From contig JASLVI010000001.1 in assembly GCA_030741455.1 (NCBI GenBank), positions 1 through 35,407 on the forward strand: a stretch of DNA of 35,407 nt, written 5' to 3'. A program made the translations under genes and the position numbers. This DNA comes from Candidatus Poseidoniaceae archaeon (lineage in GTDB: Archaea; Thermoplasmatota; Poseidoniia; Poseidoniales; Poseidoniaceae). The notes under the pieces are model-generated. The model was not told the origin of the DNA. It saw nothing but the letters and a program-made list of their open reading frames with translations, and made no database searches. Positions 18,034 to 26,558 of this stretch are shown piece by piece (position 1 is the first letter of the stretch; each line of letters begins with the position of its first letter).

Positions 18034-20946
18034 CTAGGATTCATCATCGGTGGATTCGATATCAATAAGTTCCAATTCAATGTCGTCAAATTCCTCTTCT
18101 TCAGGCTCTTCTGGAGCCATCTCAGTCTCCTCAACACCTTCACTCTCAAGAACTTCATGCGTCGAAGGGTCAACCATCGCAGCAAACATTTGAGCCTTCA
18201 TCTTGTTTTGGCCACGACGATACAATCCAAATCCAGCGAGAACAAGAACAGAGAGGAATAATACAATCGTCGTAGGTTCTGGATCTTCGATTTCACTCAT
18301 AATCGAGTTGAGAAGTCCGGAACTATCGGTCTTAAACTCAAAGGTTGGCTTTTGGATGTAACAGAGACTATCGGTACACTCTTGGTAATTTGTAGGCGTC
18401 ACAGTGAGTTCAAACTCAACGATTTGGCCGCTCTTGACCTTCTCAGGAGCGGTGATTTGCATTGTGAAATCTTCGGATGAAAAGGCATCGAGAGTGAAGG
18501 AGATAATCTCTCCAGAATCAAGTGTAGCATCCCATTCAGCAGGCGCATTTACAGAGATAACAACATCGACTTCAACGTTGTTGAGGTTGTCAATTCGATA
18601 TTCGACATCGATGGTCTGGCCTGATGCGATACGACTGGTTTGAGACTTCTGCTCTACGACGAGGTTACCAGGAACGACTTCTTCAGCGACTTCGATTGTG
18701 AGTGGAAGATCGAAATATCGGGGCACCTCATCACCATCAGGTTCCTCCGCAACTTGAAGATACACTACATGTTTACCTGCCTCAACTTGCTGTCGAATCG
18801 TAACCTCAACTTCAACGTCAATGTACTGCCCACCAGCGAGCGGAGCTACAAGCACAATGTTCCCTTCAATGTCCGTAATTTCATACAACCAAGTTGCATA
18901 GGCAGGATCGTTGTCAATGTTGCGCTGCAAAGCTGCTGGATTCTTGATGACCCAATTTGTCGAGCCTGCATCAAGTGTCGAATCGGTAATTCGCACGTTG
19001 TATGTAACCGTCGAGCCCGGTGCAACAGGACCAATTTGGCCGAGCACACCCCCGTCGGAATCTGAGATGACTTCTCCAACAATTCCGTATGTTCGGTGAA
19101 CAGTCCATACGACAGGGGTGGTGAAGACCTCATCAACACTGTTGTCAGAGGTGACGCTTAGTCGGACAAGAGAAATATCGTCCGCTTCTCTATCTGATGG
19201 AGGATAGGCCTCAACCTTGATGATGAGTTTCTCTCCTTGACCAATGATGGGTGTCAAAGCGTCAACACCTTGCTCAACAAGTTCAGATCCTGTTCCATTG
19301 ACGAGGAACTTCAACGTCCATCCAGGCTCAATTTCTTGGATTCGAATTCGATAACTATCATCATCAAAACCAACGTTGCTGATGCTGAGATAGAAATCAC
19401 CTACTTTGTCATAATCAACGTAATGTGAGAGATTTTCATTGTACAACTCAGGTCGATCTGATGCAAAGATTTGCTTTTGTTGCTCGACATCATCATACAC
19501 ATCGATTTGAGGTGGCCCAAATTGATTGACCTTCTCAACATTCACTGGAATCGACACCTTACGGACTTGTGAGCCACTATCGGCACCACTTGTCGAGAAA
19601 GCGTACGCCTCGATGATGATTTGGTAATTATCATTGATGGTGCTGAGGTCTTCAGGCGCTTGTACGGTAAGGAGTGGATTGACACTCGATCCACCTCCAC
19701 TAAGCGTATATCCTCCCGGGCTGTCCCAATTAGGATCCGACCAACCTGCAGGTAAAGATTGTTGAAGTTCCATCTCGATACGAAGTTCTGAAGCTACTGA
19801 CCCCGTGTGGAGGACGGCGAATTCAACGGAGGATGTCTGTCCGGGAGCAACAAGCAACTTTGGAATCTGATTAACTGGGAATTCGATGAAGATATCATGT
19901 TCAAGGAACGTAATTCCTTGTGGATGATTGTATGTGACCTCATTCCCTTGCACATCCGTAATCGTAAGGTTCAATGGATATTCACCTGAATTAATTCCAG
20001 ATTCGTAGACAAAGGTTGTGTTTCCAACCAACCCTTCGTTATCGAGTTTGAGTTCATTGTTTTCAAACTCATGATTAAACGCTGGAGATTGAATGTTCGG
20101 TTTGTCGATATTAATTGAAACTGATTCGATATCACTGCGGCCGAACGCATCTCGAACATCAACCGTTAGTTGTATTTTCCTTTGCTCTACTCGATGCGTA
20201 GGAGACCATTCTGTCTTTTCAGTTTCGCTCCAACCATCGCCGACTTCATGGATTCTGACTTGGGAACCTGCGAGCGCATTCGCTCGAAGTTCAATCATGG
20301 AAAACCCATTCGCAACTTTTCCAGCATATGCAAGTTCGAGAGAACACGAACCAAACGGGTTACTTCCGCCAGATTCACATGATGCATCTGCGCTTACCTC
20401 GAGACGAAGGCTGTCACCATCTTCAACGAGAATACTTGCATCACCCAAATCGAGATCAAAGCGGTATGAGGAAAAACCACAGTTGCTGAGAAATCCTCCA
20501 CAAGGGTCCGTCAATTGTTCCGTCATTGTAGCAACAACCGATGATCCTGAGAAGAGTGTGAATGTTACATCTGCTGTTGAACTGTTATCTGAGCTCTGAA
20601 ATTTCATGAACGCTGTAACTTTCACAATCTGTCCCGACTTGCCTTTCACCGTAAGATCGGAGAGTAATTCATTGGTTGGAAATTCAAGGCCCGCACCAAG
20701 TACACTTGCGACCACTTCGCTACCAGCCGGTTCGATTGTTGTTATGAAATCAACAGGTTGGTTGTTAACACTTTTTTGATCCAGGTACAACTCATAATCA
20801 ACAAATCCACCCGATGAAGACATGGGTTGTGAAATCTCTTCAAGCACAACTGGAGGAGGATTTTCAATTGGTATTACAGCCAGAAAGAGCGCGATGAGTA
20901 CTGCGAATACAACGGGCTTTGAAGACATGGTCATGACATCCCTCAT
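18034..20946 (-). CDS. Large secreted, C-terminally anchored surface protein (970 aa) with repeated beta-sandwich (CARDB/NEW3-like) modules. Possibly an S-layer or envelope component; function unknown.
   Basis: The signal peptide is MSSKPVVFAVLIALFLAVIPIE; in-frame alternative ATG starts are at 20934 and 20928. Repeated segments end in ..P.GW.. or ..PAEWD.. (LPAGWSDPNW, EPGWTLKF, NAPAEWDATL). The C-terminal TM is TTIVLFLSVLVLAGFGLY, followed by RRGQ and an acidic 61-aa tail. It lies 54 nt upstream of the giant gene on the same strand. Confidence 0.65.
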   Translation of the reverse strand: MRDVMTMSSKPVVFAVLIALFLAVIPIENPPPVVLEEISQPMSSSGGFVDYELYLDQKSVNNQPVDFITTIEPAGSEVVASVLGAGLEFPTNELLSDLTVKGKSGQIVKVTAFMKFQSSDNSSTADVTFTLFSGSSVVATMTEQLTDPCGGFLSNCGFSSYRFDLDLGDASILVEDGDSLRLEVSADASCESGGSNPFGSCSLELAYAGKVANGFSMIELRANALAGSQVRIHEVGDGWSETEKTEWSPTHRVEQRKIQLTVDVRDAFGRSDIESVSINIDKPNIQSPAFNHEFENNELKLDNEGLVGNTTFVYESGINSGEYPLNLTITDVQGNEVTYNHPQGITFLEHDIFIEFPVNQIPKLLVAPGQTSSVEFAVLHTGSVASELRIEMELQQSLPAGWSDPNWDSPGGYTLSGGGSSVNPLLTVQAPEDLSTINDNYQIIIEAYAFSTSGADSGSQVRKVSIPVNVEKVNQFGPPQIDVYDDVEQQKQIFASDRPELYNENLSHYVDYDKVGDFYLSISNVGFDDDSYRIRIQEIEPGWTLKFLVNGTGSELVEQGVDALTPIIGQGEKLIIKVEAYPPSDREADDISLVRLSVTSDNSVDEVFTTPVVWTVHRTYGIVGEVISDSDGGVLGQIGPVAPGSTVTYNVRITDSTLDAGSTNWVIKNPAALQRNIDNDPAYATWLYEITDIEGNIVLVAPLAGGQYIDVEVEVTIRQQVEAGKHVVYLQVAEEPDGDEVPRYFDLPLTIEVAEEVVPGNLVVEQKSQTSRIASGQTIDVEYRIDNLNNVEVDVVISVNAPAEWDATLDSGEIISFTLDAFSSEDFTMQITAPEKVKSGQIVEFELTVTPTNYQECTDSLCYIQKPTFEFKTDSSGLLNSIMSEIEDPEPTTIVLFLSVLVLAGFGLYRRGQNKMKAQMFAAMVDPSTHEVLESEGVEETEMAPEEPEEEEFDDIELELIDIESTDDES

Positions 20947-21021
20947 AACACCCGAAGAGAGCAGGCGTTAAACGGTTTTGCATGATTTGTGCGAACAAAT
21001 TGCGTTCCTTCACAAGTTTAT

Positions 21022-21108
21022 TGGTATCGAGGGAGGGATTTGAACCCTCGAACCCATCTGGGACCGGATCTTAAGCCCGGCGCCTTTGACCACCTCAGCC
21101 ACCTCGAT
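21022..21108 (-). tRNA. tRNA-Leu (anticodon UAA), type II with a long variable arm and genomically encoded CCA
   Basis: The reverse complement folds as a cloverleaf. The acceptor is ATCGAGG/CCTCGAT. The 3-bp D stem is GCT/GGC. The anticodon stem is CCGGG/TCCGG with loop CTTAAGA (UAA). The variable arm is TCCC-AGAT-GGG-TTC. The T arm is GAGGG-TTCAAAT-CCCTC, followed by discriminator A and CCA. From memory it is near-identical in architecture to haloarchaeal tRNA-Leu. Confidence 0.92.
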
Positions 21109-21139
21109 GACAGGACGACTTGGCGCCTCTATGAAATCC

Positions 21140-21880
21140 TTACGAAGGATTAATGCTCCATCCACCATCAACAAAGAGTTCCTGCCCAGTGAGATACGGA
21201 GATACTGCAAAGAAGTACACTGCGCCAGCAACATCGCTTGGATCACCAGAGCGTTGAAGAGGAATTGATTGCACTATTTTGCTAAAATGTTCATGTTCCC
21301 AATCAGCCGATAAAATCGCACCAGGGGCGACACAATTTACGCGGATATTCGGAGCATATTCTCCTGCAAGATTGAGCATCAATTGACGAAGACCTGCTTT
21401 ACTCGAGGTATAATGCGAGAGTTGTTTCCACGCTTTACCCGCTGAAGTGTCGGTCAAGGCAATTATCGAACCGTTAACATCGGAAAGCGAAGTTTGCAAA
21501 CCTTGCGACAATTGAAGCGGGGCTTCGACGTGCAATCGGTTCAAAAAACGCATGGTTTCGAGTGACAATTCATCAACAGGAATTTGGCTATAGACCGAGG
21601 CATTGTGAACCAGAACATCCAATCCTCCACGCTGTTGGACAAAGGGATGGTTCGAAACCATTGAAATCAATTGATTGGTTTGCTCTTCATCCGAAAGATC
21701 ACCTTGCAGTAAGTCTGCTTTGCAACCTTTCTCAACCAGTTTAGATTTGAGCAATTCACCTGCTTCGCGAGAGGTCGATACGTGAATAAGAACTGCGTAA
21801 CCTTCTTCTGCAAATTTTTGGATGATGGACGCCCCAATACGTCGCCCGCTACCAGTCACGAAACACACCTTGGCTGGCAT
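21140..21880 (-). CDS. Short-chain dehydrogenase/reductase, pteridine reductase/FolM-like subgroup
   Basis: The cofactor motif VTGSGRRIGASI has the TGxxxRIG form seen in pteridine/dihydromonapterin reductases. Other matches are NAS, the catalytic YTSSKAGL (YxxxK), and a C-terminal YLTGQELFVDGG. Confidence 0.8.
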   Translation of the reverse strand: MPAKVCFVTGSGRRIGASIIQKFAEEGYAVLIHVSTSREAGELLKSKLVEKGCKADLLQGDLSDEEQTNQLISMVSNHPFVQQRGGLDVLVHNASVYSQIPVDELSLETMRFLNRLHVEAPLQLSQGLQTSLSDVNGSIIALTDTSAGKAWKQLSHYTSSKAGLRQLMLNLAGEYAPNIRVNCVAPGAILSADWEHEHFSKIVQSIPLQRSGDPSDVAGAVYFFAVSPYLTGQELFVDGGWSINPS

Positions 21881-21996
21881 GAAATCCGCTCATCATCCTC
21901 ACACATATATGCTCGTATCCTTGCAAATCATCGAATTACGCCCCTGCACACCTTTTTGATGTCCGTTCATGTGGCCTAAAACAAGGGGGGCATCGG

Positions 21997-23010
21997 ATGG
22001 CTAAAAATCTCAAAATGGCAAGCCAGAAACCATCACGTCCGCGACTCCCTTCATGGTTCCGAACAAAGTTGCCATCAGGCACACAGCAAGCCATGTTCAA
22101 TGATACAATGGATGCTGTCAAAGACAACCAACTTCACACCGTTTGTCAAGAAGCAAAATGCCCCAACATTCACGACTGCTGGTCAAGTGGTGATGCAACG
22201 TTTATGATCGCTGGAAAAGAATGCACACGTGGATGCCGTTTCTGTGCAGTAGGGACTCGAAAAACACCACCTCCATTGGATGTTGATGAACCTCAACACC
22301 TTGCTGATGCCGTAGCATCGATGAATCTCCGCCATGCGGTCATTACAGTTGTCAATCGTGATGACCTTGAAGACTCGGCAGCCGATCACTACAAACAATG
22401 TCTTGCTGCGGTTGCAGAACGAAGCCCACATGTGAGTTTGGAATTATTGTGCTCGGACCTTGCTGGTGATTTGAACGACCTCGCTCACTTACTTGAAGGA
22501 AGTCCATTACGTGTATTTGCCCACAATGTCGAGTGCGTACCACGCCTCGATTCCGTCGTTCGTGACCCTCGTGCATCGTTTGAACAGTCGATTTCAATCC
22601 TTCGAGAAGCGAAACGGCTCCGTCCGGATATGTTGACAAAATCATCGTTGATGGTTGGTGTTGGTGAAACTGATGAAGAAATCGTTGAGGCGATGAAACT
22701 GCTTCGTAATGCAGGTGTTGACTTATTGACGATTGGCCAATACCTTGCCCCCTCAAAGAATCATCTTGCTATCGACCGGTTTCCCGATCCTGAGTTGTAT
22801 GACATATGGGCGCAAAAAGCGATTGAAATGGGCTTTTCAGGTGTTGCAAGTGGACCTCTTGTCAGGTCTTCTTACAAGGCAGGCTTATTGATGCGAAAGA
22901 CGCTTGATGAAAACAATACTGAAGAAATGCCCGGCGCCTATGTGCTGGTTCAACCCAAACCAACGAACCAACATGCCTTAATGCCGAGTCATGGTGAGGT
23001 GGAACAATGA
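21997..23010 (+). CDS. lipA: Lipoyl synthase (radical SAM)
   Basis: LHTVCQEAKCPNIHDCW is the auxiliary-cluster Cys motif. CTRGCRFCAV is the radical SAM CxxxCxxC motif. GPLVRSSYKA is the C-terminal cluster serine motif. Confidence 0.97.
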   Translation: MAKNLKMASQKPSRPRLPSWFRTKLPSGTQQAMFNDTMDAVKDNQLHTVCQEAKCPNIHDCWSSGDATFMIAGKECTRGCRFCAVGTRKTPPPLDVDEPQHLADAVASMNLRHAVITVVNRDDLEDSAADHYKQCLAAVAERSPHVSLELLCSDLAGDLNDLAHLLEGSPLRVFAHNVECVPRLDSVVRDPRASFEQSISILREAKRLRPDMLTKSSLMVGVGETDEEIVEAMKLLRNAGVDLLTIGQYLAPSKNHLAIDRFPDPELYDIWAQKAIEMGFSGVASGPLVRSSYKAGLLMRKTLDENNTEEMPGAYVLVQPKPTNQHALMPSHGEVEQ

Positions 23011-24248
23011 CGGAGCGATTGACGGCTACGACGGCACCCTACACCATCGGAATACCTCCGTTCCGACCAGGAGAAGATGCCGATTTCGGTGGAGCTTTCA
23101 AAGAACAACCGGGCGACCTGTGGCGCCCTGATCCCACTACATGTTCCTCTGAGGATACAGCACCACATGCACGTGGACTTCTTCGTGTCCTCAACGACAA
23201 AGGTGAAGCAAAAGGCGAATGGGACCCGAAACTCGATACAAGCGAATTGATTCAAGGACTTGAATACATGATGCGTCTTCGAATTTTCGATGACCGAATG
23301 ATTAAGATGCAGCGAACAGGAAAACTCTCCTTCTACATGCGATCATTTGGAGAAGAAGCAGTAGCAATCGCTCAAACTATGGCGCTCGAAAATCAAGATT
23401 GGATTTTCCCTTCCTACCGGCAACCGGGTGCACAATTCGTGCGCGGTCGAGACATGGTCAGTATGATTTGCCACTGCATTGGAAACACCGAAGATAACGT
23501 TCGAGGGCGCCAAATGCCCGTTCACTACACCTACAAGGAAGGTCGATTCATTTCGATTTCATCACCGGTAGGCACACAATTCTCACAGGCTGTTGGCGTT
23601 GCTATGGCCAGTGCATACCAAGAAAAGGACGAGGTTTGTATTTCGTGGCTTGGCGATGGAACCTCTGCTCAAGGAGACTACCATTATGCCCTCAACTTTG
23701 CATCGACATTCAAACCGCCTGTGATTCTCAACGTTGTGAACAACCAATGGGCGATTTCAACCCACGCAAATCTCGCAACAGGTGGCCGCACATTTGCAGA
23801 GCGCGGCCTTGCCTATGACATTCCTTCCTTCAGAGTCGATGGAAACGACTTCCTCGCTCTTTACAGCATCACAAAGTGGGCCCGAGACCGAGCCAGTGCA
23901 GGCATGGGACCAACACATATCGAAGTTTACACCTATCGAGCCGGAGCGCATTCCTCTTCCGATGATCCGTCTGCCTATCGTCCAAATGATGAAGCATCAT
24001 GCTGGCCAGGTGGAGATCCAATTCAGCGTTTGAAAGAACATCTTCTTCACATTGGTGAATGGGACGAAGAGAAGCACGAGGCACTTGCACAGAAGATCGA
24101 TGACGAGGTCATGGCTGCATACAAGGAAGCCTGTGAATTCGGTGATTTGGCATCAGGGCCGTATCCACCTGCTTCAACCATTTTCACAGAAGTGTACGAA
24201 ACTGTTCCGTGGCACATTCAAGAGCAACGAGAGGAGCTAGGGAAGTGA
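23007..24248 (+). CDS. 2-oxoacid dehydrogenase E1 component alpha subunit (TPP-dependent, branched-chain BkdA1/PdhA type)
   Basis: The ATGA overlaps the lipA stop, and GGTGAGGTGG lies upstream. The N-terminus LRVLNDKGEAKGEWDP...MQRTGKLSFYMRSFGEEA resembles Pseudomonas BkdA1. The TPP motif is GDGTSAQGDYHYALNFA...VVNNQWAIS (GDG-x-NN). Confidence 0.94.
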   Translation: MTERLTATTAPYTIGIPPFRPGEDADFGGAFKEQPGDLWRPDPTTCSSEDTAPHARGLLRVLNDKGEAKGEWDPKLDTSELIQGLEYMMRLRIFDDRMIKMQRTGKLSFYMRSFGEEAVAIAQTMALENQDWIFPSYRQPGAQFVRGRDMVSMICHCIGNTEDNVRGRQMPVHYTYKEGRFISISSPVGTQFSQAVGVAMASAYQEKDEVCISWLGDGTSAQGDYHYALNFASTFKPPVILNVVNNQWAISTHANLATGGRTFAERGLAYDIPSFRVDGNDFLALYSITKWARDRASAGMGPTHIEVYTYRAGAHSSSDDPSAYRPNDEASCWPGGDPIQRLKEHLLHIGEWDEEKHEALAQKIDDEVMAAYKEACEFGDLASGPYPPASTIFTEVYETVPWHIQEQREELGK

Positions 24249-24252
24249 TATC

Positions 24253-25263
24253 ATGGCCGATATGAACATGATCAAATCCCTCAATTCCGCGCTCTCCATT
24301 TCACTCAAGCAGGACCCAAATGTCGTCATCTTTGGAGAAGATGTAGGCTTTTTCGGAGGCGTCTTCCGCGTTACTGAAGGCCTTCAGAAGGAATACGGAC
24401 CTCACCGAGTTTTCGATTCACCTCTCGCAGAAGGAGGTATCGCTGCCATTGCAATGGGCATGAGTCTTAACGGACTTCGGCCCGTTGCTGAAATTCAGTT
24501 CGCAGATTACATCTTCCCTGCGTACGATCAAATCGTCAATGAGATTGCAAAACTTCGTCACCGCTCAGGTGGCGAATTTTCATCGCCAGTTACCATTCGA
24601 ACACCTGCTGGTGGAGGTATCAAGGGAGGACATCATCACTCGCAATCACCTGAAGCTCAATTCACGCATACACCAGGATTGAAGGTCGTTTACTGTTCAA
24701 ACCCATACAATGCCAAGGGCTTGTTGCTCGCATCCATTGAATGCAATGACCCAGTTATCTTCTTTGAACCGAAGCGATGCTATCGTGGACCGTTCTATGG
24801 CGATCCACACAACGTTCCAACATGGAATGGACACCCTGATGCTGATGTTCCTGAAGATCACTACATCGTTCCTCTGGAACAAGCACGAATCGTGCGCGAG
24901 GGTTCTGCTTGTACGGTCATTGCCTACGGAACCATGGTCCATGTTGCTGAACAGGCCATCAAGGATTCAGGAATTGATTGTGAACTAATCGATCTTCAGA
25001 CGCTCGTTCCTTGGGACCGAGATACGGTTGTTAATTCCGTCAAGAAAACTGGACGTTGTGTCATCGTTCATGAAGCACCAAAGACCAGTGGATTTGGTGC
25101 GGAAATGAGTGCATCGGTCCAAGAACGATGTTTCTATCACCTTGAAGCGCCAATTCAACGTGTCACCGGATGGGACACACCATTCCCACATACAACGGAA
25201 TGGGATTACTTGCCAAGTCCTCAGCGTATCGCTGAAGCCATTAAGAAAACACAGGAGGAATAA
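24253..25263 (+). CDS. 2-oxoacid dehydrogenase E1 component beta subunit
   Basis: FGEDVGFFGGVFRVTEGLQKEYGPHRVFDSPLAEGGI is the canonical E1-beta N-terminal block. The length (336 aa) and its position between E1-alpha and E2 also fit. Confidence 0.95.
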   Translation: MADMNMIKSLNSALSISLKQDPNVVIFGEDVGFFGGVFRVTEGLQKEYGPHRVFDSPLAEGGIAAIAMGMSLNGLRPVAEIQFADYIFPAYDQIVNEIAKLRHRSGGEFSSPVTIRTPAGGGIKGGHHHSQSPEAQFTHTPGLKVVYCSNPYNAKGLLLASIECNDPVIFFEPKRCYRGPFYGDPHNVPTWNGHPDADVPEDHYIVPLEQARIVREGSACTVIAYGTMVHVAEQAIKDSGIDCELIDLQTLVPWDRDTVVNSVKKTGRCVIVHEAPKTSGFGAEMSASVQERCFYHLEAPIQRVTGWDTPFPHTTEWDYLPSPQRIAEAIKKTQEE

Positions 25264-25265
25264 AC

Positions 25266-26549
25266 ATGGGAACATTTGCATTCAAACTACCAGATATCGG
25301 AGAAGGCGTTGTTGAAGGTGAAGTCGTCGAATGGATGGTCGCCGTTGGTGATACTGTCAAGGAAGACGATCCGATTCTTTCGGTTATGACCGATAAGGCA
25401 ACCGTCGAAATTCCAGCACCATGCGATGGAACCGTCACTAAAATCATTGGTGAAGCAGGTGACATCCTACCAGTCGGTGTTGTTTGTATAGAATTCGAAG
25501 TTGATGGTGATGGAAACGCATCAGCAAGCGAACCTGAGCCTGAAGCACCTGCTGTCGAAGAGGCGCCTGAGCCTGCAGCAGAGCCTGAACCAGAACCTGC
25601 TCCAGCACCCGAACCAACGCCTGCACCTGTTGCAGTTGCAGGACCGGCAGTTGAGCGTGCACCAGGTACGAAGCCACTTGCCGCACCTGCAGTTCGACAG
25701 CGGGCACGTGATGCTGGCGTCGATTTGTACCACGTTGCTGGATCTGGCCCTGCTGGAAGAATCACGCACGCTGACCTTGATGTTCATCTCAGTGGAGGTG
25801 CATCTCGTGCCTCTTCATCCATGCCGATGGGCAGTTCTGCAAAGGTTGCCAAGACTGGAACTGAAGAAATCAAGGTCATCGGATTGCGACGAAAGATTGC
25901 TGATTCGATGATGGCATCCTACAGTACCATCCCTCACTTCTCCTACTTTGAAGAGGTCGATGTAACCGAACTTGAATCACTACGACAGCATCTCAATGCA
26001 ACTCGACCAGAAGGTGCTCCAAAGCTCACCTATCTACCATTCATCATGCTCGCCCTCGTTAAGGGACTTGGACAGCGTCCTGAATGCAACGCTTTGTTCG
26101 ATGATGAAGCAGGTGTTGTCACTCGACACGAAGCTGTTCATCTCGGCATTGCAACACAAACCGATCGTGGACTCTACGTTCCAGTCGTCAAGCACGTCGA
26201 AGCAATGGATGTTTGGACCGCTGCAGCAGAAATGGGTCGAGTTACACAAGCGACTCGAGACGGAAAAGCAGGTGTTGACGAACTCACAGGTTCGACATTC
26301 ACAATCACCAGTCTTGGCAGAATGGGTGGTCTTGGAGCAACACCGATCATCAACAAGCCTGAGGTTGGAATCCTTGGCGTTCACAATGCCAAAGATCGTG
26401 CTGTGGTTATCGATGGCCGAGTTGAAGTTCGTCGAATCATGAATCTCTCCTCCTCATGGGACCACCGTGTTGTGGATGGGCATGATGGTGCAAGTCTTGT
26501 TCAACTGCTCAAGTCGATGCTGGAGCACCCAGCAACCATCTTCATGTGA
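25266..26549 (+). CDS. Dihydrolipoamide acyltransferase (E2) with a single lipoyl domain
   Basis: The lipoyl-Lys motif is SVMTDKATVEIPAP. A Pro/Ala/Glu linker follows. The peripheral subunit-binding domain is LAAPAVRQRARDAGVDL..V.GSGPAGRI. The catalytic motif is SWDHRVVDGHDGA (DHRxxDG). Confidence 0.95.
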   Translation: MGTFAFKLPDIGEGVVEGEVVEWMVAVGDTVKEDDPILSVMTDKATVEIPAPCDGTVTKIIGEAGDILPVGVVCIEFEVDGDGNASASEPEPEAPAVEEAPEPAAEPEPEPAPAPEPTPAPVAVAGPAVERAPGTKPLAAPAVRQRARDAGVDLYHVAGSGPAGRITHADLDVHLSGGASRASSSMPMGSSAKVAKTGTEEIKVIGLRRKIADSMMASYSTIPHFSYFEEVDVTELESLRQHLNATRPEGAPKLTYLPFIMLALVKGLGQRPECNALFDDEAGVVTRHEAVHLGIATQTDRGLYVPVVKHVEAMDVWTAAAEMGRVTQATRDGKAGVDELTGSTFTITSLGRMGGLGATPIINKPEVGILGVHNAKDRAVVIDGRVEVRRIMNLSSSWDHRVVDGHDGASLVQLLKSMLEHPATIFM

Positions 26550-26558
26550 GGTGTTTGG

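Noticed and set aside
20947-21021. Integrase, att site or mobile element expected next to the tRNA.
   Set aside because: There is no integrase or transposase ORF anywhere in the window. By eye I could find no second copy of the tRNA 3' segment. The island idea is kept only as a low-interest finding.
21010-21268. ORFs 21010-21246 (-) and 21086-21268 (+).
   Set aside because: They overlap the tRNA-Leu gene and the 3' end of the SDR gene. Nothing supports them as coding.
25241-25911. ORFs overlapping the E2 gene: 25241-25765 (-), 25444-25707 (-), 25501-25911 (+), 25521-25787 (-).
   Set aside because: They are caused by the GC-rich Pro/Ala/Glu linker (EPEPEAPAVEEAPEPAAEPEPEPAPAPEPTPAP) of the acyltransferase. 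The E2 frame carries the lipoyl, PSBD and catalytic motifs.
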